Shown here piece by piece: positions 18,778-26,843 of a stretch of 64,000 nucleotides of DNA (position 1 is the stretch's first letter; every line of letters begins with the position of its first letter). Position numbers and translations under genes: made by a program. This DNA comes from an uncultured Acidobacteriota bacterium (GTDB lineage: Bacteria; Acidobacteriota; Thermoanaerobaculia; Multivoradales; SZUA-115), in NCBI GenBank assembly GCA_963805975.1, contig CAWDVR010000001.1, forward strand, positions 320,001-384,000, written 5' to 3'. The notes beneath the pieces were generated by a model. That model saw only the letters and a program-made list of their open reading frames with translations, was not told where the DNA came from and made no database searches.

Positions 18778-19674
18778 TCAGACCGGCAGTGCGCGCAGCA
18801 CCTCGCGCACGGCCGGTACGGAGAGGCTGTTGCCCACCAGGCGCCAGGCATGGGCGAGCGGCAGTGTCTGCGGCAGCCGGTAGTGGGCTGGAAAACCCAA
18901 CAGATTGAGGATCTCGCGCGGTGAGAAGCGCCGCAGGCCCGGCGCCGTTCGCCCTCCCTCGGTTCTCAGGTAGGAGCCGCTCCGGACCGGCGAGCGGCCG
19001 TAGGCCGAGGTGAAGCAGGCGGAGAGGGCCGCGGGATCGCCGGCGTCCACCACGTCGATCGCCTGCCGGTAGCGGTCCGCCAGCGCGGGGTCGAGGGTCA
19101 GCGCGGCCGGCGCTTCCTCCTCCGGCAGCCACTCGAGGCAGCTCCGCAGCGGTACGGGGCTCGGCGCGGCCGGCGCCTGCCCGGCGAAGCCGCGGCGCGA
19201 GGCCACCAGGTAGAAGCGGAGCCGGCGGTTCGGGAGCCCCAGCGAAGAGGGGCAGAGCAGGCGCTCCGACACTTCGTAGCCGGCGGCGGCGAGCACCTCG
19301 CGGAGCTGGCCATGGGTGCGCGAGCCCTCGAAACCCGGCACGTTCTCGAGGGCGAGGAACGTGGGCCGCACCTCGCCGATCCGCTGGAGGAGCGCAAGGA
19401 GGGCCCAGGAGCGCGGGTCCTCGTCGTCCCGTTGCCGCCCGCGCCGGGTGAACGGCTGGCAGGGTGGGGACATCCACCACAGGTCCGCGCCGATCTCGGC
19501 CAGCTCGGCCGCCGAGACCGATTCGATCGTTCGCGCGGCGAGCGGATGCGGGAAGTTGGCCGAGTAGACGCCGAGCGCCCCGCGATGGATGTCGATCGCC
19601 CGCACCACCTCGGCCCGGCCGGCCAGCGCCGCCGCGGCACCGCCGATGCCGCAGAAGAGCTCGAGCGCTCGGAC
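18778..19674 (-). CDS. C5-cytosine methyltransferase of the Dnmt2/TRDMT1 (tRNA C38) type
   Basis: Motif I (V)RALELFCGIGG lies upstream of the ORF-track start; MSPPCQPFTRRG, LENVPGF, PNRRLRFY, CFTSAYG..RSGS, LRRFSPREI..LLGFP, LVGNSLSV. The start position reads GTC behind an AGGAG RBS. Confidence 0.85.
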   Translation of the reverse strand, partial: VRALELFCGIGGAAAALAGRAEVVRAIDIHRGALGVYSANFPHPLAARTIESVSAAELAEIGADLWWMSPPCQPFTRRGRQRDDEDPRSWALLALLQRIGEVRPTFLALENVPGFEGSRTHGQLREVLAAAGYEVSERLLCPSSLGLPNRRLRFYLVASRRGFAGQAPAAPSPVPLRSCLEWLPEEEAPAALTLDPALADRYRQAIDVVDAGDPAALSACFTSAYGRSPVRSGSYLRTEGGRTAPGLRRFSPREILNLLGFPAHYRLPQTLPLAHAWRLVGNSLSVPAVREVLRALPV

Positions 19675-19682
19675 GGCCGCTC

Positions 19683-19946
19683 CTAGCGCACGAAGAGGCG
19701 CTTGTACCAGGGCACGCCGGCGGCCTTCATCCGGTCGCGCTCTTCCTTGAGGCGCTTCTTCTCCTGCTCCTGAGCGATCTTCAGGAGGAACGTGTCCCCC
19801 TCGGGCTCGTGGCAGTCCTTGAACTTCTTGCCGCTGCCGCAGGGGCAGCGCTCGTTGCGGCCGATGCGCGCCACCTGGCGCGGCGCGGTCTTGGGCTGGA
19901 TTCGCTTGGGTAACTGGCCCGGGGGCTTGAGGCTGGGTTTTGCCAC
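19683..19946 (-). CDS. SEC-C motif metal-binding small protein
   Basis: [19 protein letters not shown]. Confidence 0.9.
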   Translation of the reverse strand: MAKPSLKPPGQLPKRIQPKTAPRQVARIGRNERCPCGSGKKFKDCHEPEGDTFLLKIAQEQEKKRLKEERDRMKAAGVPWYKRLFVR

Positions 19947-20033
19947 GGAATGTTCCTCTTCGTTGAGATCCGCGAGATCAGGGGATGGCCAGAGATCAGG
20001 GGAGGGGAAGTATCGCCGCGAACGGGCGCCGGA

Positions 20034-21782
20034 TCAACCTTCGACCACGGCCTGGTCGCGGATCTGCGCCGCCGCGGCCGAGCCGGGGGCATGCGTCAGG
20101 ATCTGGTGGATGCGGTCGAGCGCCTTCACGCTGTCGCCCACGCTCTGGTAGAGCACCACCTCGGTGTAGAGGTTCTCGGCCAGCGTGTTGAGCCGCGCGG
20201 TGATCGTTTCCGCCTTGGCACCGTTCGGGTAGCGGCGCAGGTACTCGGCGCCGTTGGCGAGGTCGGTGAAGGAGCCCGCCACCTGCTCGATGCGCCCGCG
20301 GGCGAGTGTCGCGAGCGCGGTGTCGGTGCCCGCGGCCAGCTCTTCCAGGGCGGCGAGGCTGTCGAGCACCGGCGCCAGGTTGGTGAGGCCGGCCCGCGCC
20401 CGGGCGGGCTCCGGGCTGTCGCCGGCCGCGCTCGCGGCCTTGAGATACATGGCCACCGCCTCGGCCTGCTTGCCGAGGCGGCTGTAGGCGTCCCCCAGCG
20501 CCAGCGCGGCTTTCGGCACCTCGGGAGCGTCCGGGAAGTTCGCCAGAAAGCGCTCGAGGAAGCCGGTCTCGTACACCGAGCCGGCGAGGATCTCGGCCGC
20601 CCGCGGGTAGAGCTCGCGCACCTGAGACTGGAAACCGGCGAGCTCCTCGCGCAGCTTGGGGAGGAGTGGGCCCTCGCGGTCCAGGCGCTCCAGATCGGCG
20701 GCCTCTGTCTCGTAGGCGGCGATCAGGCTGCCGTAGGCGCGGCTCTCCGCGATCAGCGCCATCTCCTGGTCACGCTTCTGGTGCAGGCGGCCGAGGCGGA
20801 TCTCGTCGGCCCTGGGGCCCGTGGGCCAGGCGAGGAGGGCTTCTTTCTCGAGCAGCGCCGTCACCTCGGGCTTGGGCTTGGCCGTCTCGAGGTAGCGCAG
20901 CAGCACCGCCTGGGTGCGGCGCCGGTAGTCGTCGTCGGGCTTGGCCGGCTGCGGCGTGAGGATGGCGGCCCGCACGTCGGCGCCGCGCACCCGCTCGTCG
21001 AAGAACGGGTGCGTCTGCCAGTAGCCGTACTCCTTGGTCTGCGGCAGGCGGGCGAGCATCAGGGTCATCAGCTCCTTGAGCCCGCCGGGCGCGAATCCCG
21101 CGGCGGCGGCGAAGCGCTGGCCCTCGTCGTCCGCCTCGCGCTCGAAGTCGCGGCTGTAGCTCCGCATCAGCAGCTCGCTGACGATCACGCTGGTGGCCGC
21201 CGCGCCCTCGACCATGGTGCCTTGGGGGTTCTCGCGGCGGCGGTAGGGGTCGTAGGGCGGCGTGTAGTCCCGCTCGCGGCGCTCGTCGTGGGCCTTGACC
21301 AGCACGCCGATCACCAGCGCCTGGCCCAGCACCTGGAGCAGTGCCTGCCGCCGCTGCATGCGCGTGCCGTGGTGCTCCACCACGTGCGCCACCTCGTGCC
21401 CGAGGAGGCCGGCCAGCATGTCGTCCGAGAGGCCCAGGCCCAGCATGCTGCGGGTGACGAAGATGTGGCCGCCGGGCAACGCGAAGGCGTTGGGCTCCGG
21501 CATGTCGATGACGTGGAAGGTGAAGGGGAACTCGTCGAACTGTGTGGCCTGCGCCAGCCGGTAGCCGATGGCGGAGACCCGCTCCTGGTCGGCCCGGTCG
21601 CTCGACTCGCCGAACATCTCGACCGCTTGCTGAGCCACTTGCAGGCTCTTGGTGAAGAGATCCTTGTTGACGATATCGAGCGCTGCAGGCTTGGGGACGG
21701 CCTCCTGCCCCTGGGCCGCGGGAGTGGCCGAGACAGCGAGGGCGGCGAGGAGCAGAGCTGCGGAGGTGCGCCGGAGTTGCAT
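20034..21782 (-). CDS. M48 family metalloprotease with TPR-like C-terminus
   Basis: Signal peptide; PNAFALPGG, HEVAH (HExxH), YSRDFEREAD, THPFFDER. Confidence 0.9.
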   Translation of the reverse strand: MQLRRTSAALLLAALAVSATPAAQGQEAVPKPAALDIVNKDLFTKSLQVAQQAVEMFGESSDRADQERVSAIGYRLAQATQFDEFPFTFHVIDMPEPNAFALPGGHIFVTRSMLGLGLSDDMLAGLLGHEVAHVVEHHGTRMQRRQALLQVLGQALVIGVLVKAHDERRERDYTPPYDPYRRRENPQGTMVEGAAATSVIVSELLMRSYSRDFEREADDEGQRFAAAAGFAPGGLKELMTLMLARLPQTKEYGYWQTHPFFDERVRGADVRAAILTPQPAKPDDDYRRRTQAVLLRYLETAKPKPEVTALLEKEALLAWPTGPRADEIRLGRLHQKRDQEMALIAESRAYGSLIAAYETEAADLERLDREGPLLPKLREELAGFQSQVRELYPRAAEILAGSVYETGFLERFLANFPDAPEVPKAALALGDAYSRLGKQAEAVAMYLKAASAAGDSPEPARARAGLTNLAPVLDSLAALEELAAGTDTALATLARGRIEQVAGSFTDLANGAEYLRRYPNGAKAETITARLNTLAENLYTEVVLYQSVGDSVKALDRIHQILTHAPGSAAAAQIRDQAVVEG

Positions 21783-21986
21783 GCGAGGCCCGAGCCTAGC
21801 AGGATCTGTACCAGGGACTGCCGTCGAGAGAAGTTGGCGCCTCGGTGCTGGCGTCCCGCTTCGGCCCGGAGCGCAGCGTTACCTGAAGGGGGCGTCGAGC
21901 ACCGGACCAGAGCGCAGGACGCCCACACCGTGCTGATTCGAACCCAGGCCGAAGGGAGCCGCCGCGACGCGTGGTAGCTTGCCGGC

Positions 21987-22859
21987 GTGCCGCCCGAGAT
22001 CGATCCCGACGACCCCTGGCTCTTCGAGCGCCAGGGGCTCGACTGGCGTTGGCTCTCGTGGCGCGAGGCGGCGGCCTCGATCGAGATCCTTTCGGCCGCG
22101 CTCGCCGCGCTGGCGCCGGGGAGCAGAGTGGCCTTCGACGGCCGGGCGAGCGTCGCCTCGGTGCTCGCCGACTGCGCGGTGCGCGCCGCCGGCCTCACCG
22201 CGGTGCCGGTCGTCGCCCAAGACCCTTCGGCCTTGGCGGAAGCGGCGCGGACACGTGGCGCGCAGGCGTGGCTGCCGCTGAGCTCCTCGGTGCCGGAGGT
22301 CGAGGAAGGCCTGTCCCTCCTCGCACTGCCAGCGGATCTCTCTTTCGGCGCGCCGCGGCTCCATCCTCCGGCCGGCCGGCCTGGGCGCTCGGCGCTCCCG
22401 GATGCCGCCGGCCTCGGGGCTCTCGCCACCGGTGGCGCCGTGGTGACCGGCGCCGCGGGCCACGCGCGGCTCGATACCGCCGAGCTCGAGGGGGAGGCGC
22501 GCCGCGTCAGCCAAGATCTCGGGGTGGCCCCGGCGCGAGACATCACCGTCCTCGCCGGCTCGTTGGAGCTGCCGCTCTCCCGCATGGCTCTCACCTGGGC
22601 CCTGGCCGCGGGAGCCGTGCTCGTCCTCGAGCCGGACGCGCAGGCCGGCGAGAGCGTCGCCGCCTGGGCGCGTCCCACGGTGCTCGCCGCGACCGCGAGC
22701 GAGCTCGCGCGCTGGGCCGACATGGCCGCCGAGGGCCGCGGCGGGAAGCGCTCGCCGCTCGGCCGGCTGCGCGCGTGGATGGTGGAGCAAACTGGGGGCC
22801 TACCCGAGGGAACTGTCGACTTCTGGCGGGAGCGCGGAACGGTTCTGGTGCGCTGCTGA
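21987..22859 (+). CDS. Degenerate AMP-binding-domain-like hypothetical protein
   Basis: WRWLSWREAAA..., AAGLTAVP, RPTVLAA resemble the N-terminal part of acyl-CoA ligases; no TSGxTGxPKG loop. Confidence 0.55.
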   Translation: MPPEIDPDDPWLFERQGLDWRWLSWREAAASIEILSAALAALAPGSRVAFDGRASVASVLADCAVRAAGLTAVPVVAQDPSALAEAARTRGAQAWLPLSSSVPEVEEGLSLLALPADLSFGAPRLHPPAGRPGRSALPDAAGLGALATGGAVVTGAAGHARLDTAELEGEARRVSQDLGVAPARDITVLAGSLELPLSRMALTWALAAGAVLVLEPDAQAGESVAAWARPTVLAATASELARWADMAAEGRGGKRSPLGRLRAWMVEQTGGLPEGTVDFWRERGTVLVRC

Positions 22860-22869
22860 GCCCACGGCT

Positions 22870-23700
22870 TCAGGTGCTCTGGAGAGCCGTGACCACGTAA
22901 CCGAAGCCCTCGGCACGGCTGTAGCCGGCGCCCTCGAACGCGTCGATCTCAGCCTCCATGGGCTCCATGAACCACGCTTCGGTCCCGAGCGCCCCCGGCA
23001 TGGCCCAACCCGGCCCCTTGCGGTTGGCGGTGTTCGTTCCCTTCGGGTACTTCACCTTGTCGCCGAGCCCCAGGCTCTTCAGGACGTAGGCGCAGCGAGG
23101 GCAGGTAGGCTTGGTGATCCGGATCTCGGTAATGTGACTGAAGGTCCCACTTCCGGTGCTGACGAACTGCGCCAGGGCCGCCATCTCGGCGTGGACCCCG
23201 GTACTTCCGCTGTAGCTTCCGGAGTAGTTGCCGGCGGCGGTGCGGACCTCGGCGTCGCAGCTATAGCTGCTCTCGGAGTCGTCCTTCGCATCGGCCACCT
23301 CCCAGGCGGCGTTCACACTGCCGACCGCTCCGGTTGCCGCGATCGTCAGCTTCAGGGTGTCGAAGAGCTGCTGCGCCCTGCCCGCGTTCCTCACCGCTCG
23401 CGCCGGCCTGGAGAGTTGCACCGCGGCAGGGCTTGGCTTGAAGTGTGCCGAGGGCCCCACCGCGCGCTGTACCGCAGCGCTCCTTGCCAGAGCCTGCTGC
23501 ACGTGGTGGGCGAGCGGCCGCTGCCCGGCCGCCGCCGGTCGCGCCTGGGCTACCGCCATCGCGTTCTGCACGTGAGGCGCCACGGCTCGCGAGGCCTGCG
23601 CGGCAGTCGGAGGCCGCCCGGCGCCGGGGAAGGCAGCGCGAAGCTGGATGGCGCGCTCTACGTGCGCGGCGAAGTGGGAGCCAGCTCGCGGTGGGGCCAT
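22870..23700 (-). CDS. Putative Zn-dependent nucleic acid/nucleotide deaminase (toxin-like) with low-complexity repeat leader
   Basis: ATG at 23700; VHAEMAAL, IRITKPTCPRCAYVL and GWAMP motifs; N-terminal AAHVERA/APHVQNA/AHHVQQA and AVQR/AVQL repeats. Confidence 0.75.
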   Translation of the reverse strand: MAPPRAGSHFAAHVERAIQLRAAFPGAGRPPTAAQASRAVAPHVQNAMAVAQARPAAAGQRPLAHHVQQALARSAAVQRAVGPSAHFKPSPAAVQLSRPARAVRNAGRAQQLFDTLKLTIAATGAVGSVNAAWEVADAKDDSESSYSCDAEVRTAAGNYSGSYSGSTGVHAEMAALAQFVSTGSGTFSHITEIRITKPTCPRCAYVLKSLGLGDKVKYPKGTNTANRKGPGWAMPGALGTEAWFMEPMEAEIDAFEGAGYSRAEGFGYVVTALQST

Positions 23701-23793
23701 GGGCTTGAGTCCAGGTGGTCGGGACAGGAGCTTTCGCCTCCGGAGGATATCCCAGGCCCCGTGGTATAAAACCGGCCCACGAGGAGAGATCGC

Positions 23794-25257
23794 ATGGCCG
23801 AGGCCACGAGCCAGCTCAGCAGGACCGCGGACGGCGATCCGCCGCCGGTAGCGCTGCCGCCCGCCAACGAGGCGTCGGCGCTCGAGGAGATCCACGAGCG
23901 CGCCGACACCGTGTGGACGCGGGGGAGCGGCATGCGGGGCATCCCGAAGCTCGCCAAGCGCCTGCTCAAGGGCAAGGGCGGCCGGGTGGCGATCGTCGAC
24001 GGGCTGCGCACGCCGTTCCTCAAGGCGGGCACCGCCTTCAAGGACATGGACGTGGTGGACCTGGCGGGTGTGGCCGCCGGCGAGCTCGTCACCCGCAGCG
24101 CCATCGACCCCAAGGAGATCCAGCTCTCGATCTTCGGCGTCGTGGTGCCGGCTCTCCACGCTCCCAACCTCGGACGCGAGGTGGTGTTCCGCGCCTCGCT
24201 GCCGGCGGGCATCCCCGGCTCGACCGTCAACCTCGCCTGCGCCTCCTCGAACCGCGCCATCGCCTACGGCGCGCAGGCGATCCTCGCCGGCGAGTGCGAC
24301 GTGGTGCTGGCCGGGGGCGCCGAGTCTCTTTCCAACGTACCGATCACGTTCTCGAAGCGCGCCGCCGACAAGCTGATGCGCTTTGCCAAGGCGAGGTCGC
24401 TGCCGGCCAAGCTGGGCGTGGCCTCGGAGCTGCGACTCGGAGACCTGGCGCCGGTGGCACCGGCCATCGCCGAGTACACGACCGGGCTCACCATGGGCGC
24501 CTCGGCGGAGAAGATGGCCAAGGAGAACGACATCTCGCGCCGCTCGCAGGACGAGATCGCCTTGATGTCGCACCAGCGTGCCGCGGCGGCTGCGGCCGAA
24601 GGCCGGTTCGACGGCCAGGTGGTCGCCACCTTCCCGCCGCCGGGCTACGACCAGCCGGTGACGCACGACAACGGCGTCAGGAGCGACAGCTCGCTCGCCG
24701 CGCTGTCGCAGCTCCCGCCGGTCTTCGACAAGCGCTACGGCACGCTGACCGCCGGCAACTCGAGCCCGATCACCGACGGCGCCTCGGCGGTGCTCTTGAT
24801 GAGCGAGGAGAAGGCCAAGGCCCTGGGCTACGAGCCGCTGGGCTACCTGCGCTCCTTCGCCTTCGCCGCGGTGGACCCGGGGGCGCAGCTCCTCCAGGGC
24901 CCGGCCTACGCCGCGCCCATGGCGCTCGATCTCGCCGGCGTCAAGCTCAAGGACATGGACCTGGTGGAGATGCACGAGGCGTTCGCGGCGCAGATCATCT
25001 CCAACTTGAAGGGCTTCTCGTCGAAGAAGTTCGCCAGCGAGGAGCTGGGCCGCGCCGAGCCGCTCGGGCACGTGGACTTCGCGCGCTTCAACGTCAACGG
25101 CGGCTCGATCGCCATCGGCCACCCGTTCGGCGCCACCGGCGCCCGCGTCACCTTCCAGTTGCTCAATGAGCTCAAGCGCCGCGGCGGCAACCTCGGCCTG
25201 GCCACGGTCTGCGCGGCGGGCGGCGTGGGCTTCGCGATGGTGGTGGAGCGGGAGTAA
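23794..25257 (+). CDS. fadI: Acetyl-CoA C-acyltransferase (3-ketoacyl-CoA thiolase, FadI-type)
   Basis: DGLRTPF, NLACASS (catalytic Cys), [34 protein letters not shown]; GAGGAG RBS; TGGTATAAA -10-like element at 23762-23770. Confidence 0.9.
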   Translation: MAEATSQLSRTADGDPPPVALPPANEASALEEIHERADTVWTRGSGMRGIPKLAKRLLKGKGGRVAIVDGLRTPFLKAGTAFKDMDVVDLAGVAAGELVTRSAIDPKEIQLSIFGVVVPALHAPNLGREVVFRASLPAGIPGSTVNLACASSNRAIAYGAQAILAGECDVVLAGGAESLSNVPITFSKRAADKLMRFAKARSLPAKLGVASELRLGDLAPVAPAIAEYTTGLTMGASAEKMAKENDISRRSQDEIALMSHQRAAAAAAEGRFDGQVVATFPPPGYDQPVTHDNGVRSDSSLAALSQLPPVFDKRYGTLTAGNSSPITDGASAVLLMSEEKAKALGYEPLGYLRSFAFAAVDPGAQLLQGPAYAAPMALDLAGVKLKDMDLVEMHEAFAAQIISNLKGFSSKKFASEELGRAEPLGHVDFARFNVNGGSIAIGHPFGATGARVTFQLLNELKRRGGNLGLATVCAAGGVGFAMVVERE

Positions 25258-25378
25258 GGCGGCTTGTAGCCCACGACGCCCTGGCCCGCGACCCGCGAGG
25301 CGATCGAGTCGAAGTCCGCCCGCAAGCGCAGGAAAACAGTGCGGCTCAGGTGTCTCCGCCTTCCGCAGCAGCCAAGAG

Positions 25379-25642
25379 GTGGTGCAGACGGTGCAGGGCC
25401 TCGCGCTGGCATCGCCTCGCCCGGCTTCCGGGGCGACCGGCCTGCTCGGGCCGCTCGTCGAGTCGGCGCTGGCCGTCTCCGCGGGTGGTGGGCTCGCCAG
25501 GGTGAAGGTCTGCGGCGGTGAGTGCTGGCTCTTCCTCGACACCAGCCGCATGGGCCGCCGCCGCTGGTGCGACATGAAGGACTGCGGCAACCTCGCCAAG
25601 GTGCGGCGCTTCCGCGCCCGCGAGCGAACGGGCGCCGCCTAG
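25379..25642 (+). CDS. CGNR zinc-finger protein (short, lacking most of the ABATE domain)
   Basis: [39 protein letters not shown]; start uncertain. Confidence 0.7.
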   Translation: MVQTVQGLALASPRPASGATGLLGPLVESALAVSAGGGLARVKVCGGECWLFLDTSRMGRRRWCDMKDCGNLAKVRRFRARERTGAA

Positions 25643-26793
25643 ACCGGCAGCGGCGGCAGCTCGGCCTCGCGCTCGATCACCACCAGCGTCAGATCGTCGC
25701 GGATCGGGCTCTGCGAGGTGTGGCGGTCGAAGTCGGCCAGGATGCGGTCGTGGACCACCTGCGGCGAGCCCTCCTCGGCGGAGAGCGTGCGCAGGCGCTC
25801 GAAGCTGAAGGCACGGCCCTCGACGTCGATCGCTTCCGGCAGGCCGTCGCTGTAGAGCAGCAGCCGGTCGCCGGGCTCGAGCCGGGTCTCCTGCACTTGG
25901 GCCGGCAGCGGGTCCTGCAAGCCCAGCGGGAAGCTCCCGGTTCCAAGCTCCAGGAGGTCGCCGTTCGCTTTCCGCAGCAGCGGGAACGGGTGCCCGGCGC
26001 AGCAGTACACGAAGGCGCCGGTCGCCGGCTCCAGCAGGCCGTAGAACAGGCTCATGAAGGTGCGGCGGTCGCCGGTACGGCAGATGGTGCGGTTGAGCAT
26101 CGCCTGCACGCGGTCGCAGGCCGGGTCGACGTCGATCGCGGTGCGCAGCGTGGCGTGTGCGATCGCCATCACCAGGCCCGCGGCCATGCCGTGGCCCGAG
26201 GCGTCGCCCACCACCACCGCCAGCCGCCCGTCCGGCAGAGGCAGGAAATCGTAGTAGTCGCCGCCCACGGTGTTGGCGGTGCGGTAGGAATGCGCGAAGC
26301 GGTAGCCGGCGAGCTCGGGTGCGGCGCGCGGCAGGAGATCGGTCTGGAGCTGGCGCGCCACCTCGAGCTCGTCGCGCACCCGCACCTTGTCGACCATCTC
26401 GAGTGCCAGGAGCAGCAGCAGGGAGAAGCCGGCGAGCGCGCCCCAGAGCGGCGAGGCGTCGATCTCCACCTCCCAGCCCTTGGAGTCCACGTCGCCGGCC
26501 GAGAAGCTGAAGTCGAGGAGGTTGAAGAAGAGGAAGAGCAGCGCAGCGCCGAAGAGGACGCGCCGCGCCGGGGTGAGCTTGTAGGAGATGGAGAGGAAGA
26601 GCAGGCGCGCGCGGTGCAGGAACCGCTGGAAGCCCTCCTCCGGCTCGGGCTCCTCCTGGTCGCGGGTCAGCACCTCGTAGGCCTGCGGCGCCTCGCGGTC
26701 GAAGAGCCGCTTCAGCTCGTCGCCGGACAGCCCCTCGCCGTAGTGGCGCACGAGCTCGCGCAGGTTGGGGGCGGGTCGCTTGGGCGGGGCCAT
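25639..26793 (-). CDS. Membrane PP2C/SpoIIE (RsbU-like) serine phosphatase
   Basis: Two TMs; [40 protein letters not shown]. Confidence 0.92.
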   Translation of the reverse strand: MAPPKRPAPNLRELVRHYGEGLSGDELKRLFDREAPQAYEVLTRDQEEPEPEEGFQRFLHRARLLFLSISYKLTPARRVLFGAALLFLFFNLLDFSFSAGDVDSKGWEVEIDASPLWGALAGFSLLLLLALEMVDKVRVRDELEVARQLQTDLLPRAAPELAGYRFAHSYRTANTVGGDYYDFLPLPDGRLAVVVGDASGHGMAAGLVMAIAHATLRTAIDVDPACDRVQAMLNRTICRTGDRRTFMSLFYGLLEPATGAFVYCCAGHPFPLLRKANGDLLELGTGSFPLGLQDPLPAQVQETRLEPGDRLLLYSDGLPEAIDVEGRAFSFERLRTLSAEEGSPQVVHDRILADFDRHTSQSPIRDDLTLVVIEREAELPPLPV

Positions 26794-26843
26794 GGCTGCT
26801 GTGTCTACGCGGGTGGCCGGTCGCGGGTTGCGCGGCGACGCGC

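Noticed and set aside
18778-19674. Type II restriction-modification system
   Set aside because: No endonuclease neighbour, and the motifs are Dnmt2-like.
21925-21950. GATTCGAACCC resembling a tRNA T-loop (GGTTCGAATC on the minus strand)
   Set aside because: The flanks do not form a T-stem and no acceptor or anticodon arms can be built.
21940-21965. GAACCCAGGCCGAAGGGAGCCGCC resembling the SRP RNA (ffs) domain IV core
   Set aside because: It lacks the full CAGG-YCC-GGAA-GGR-AGCAGC pattern and the long flanking helix; an Infernal scan would settle it.
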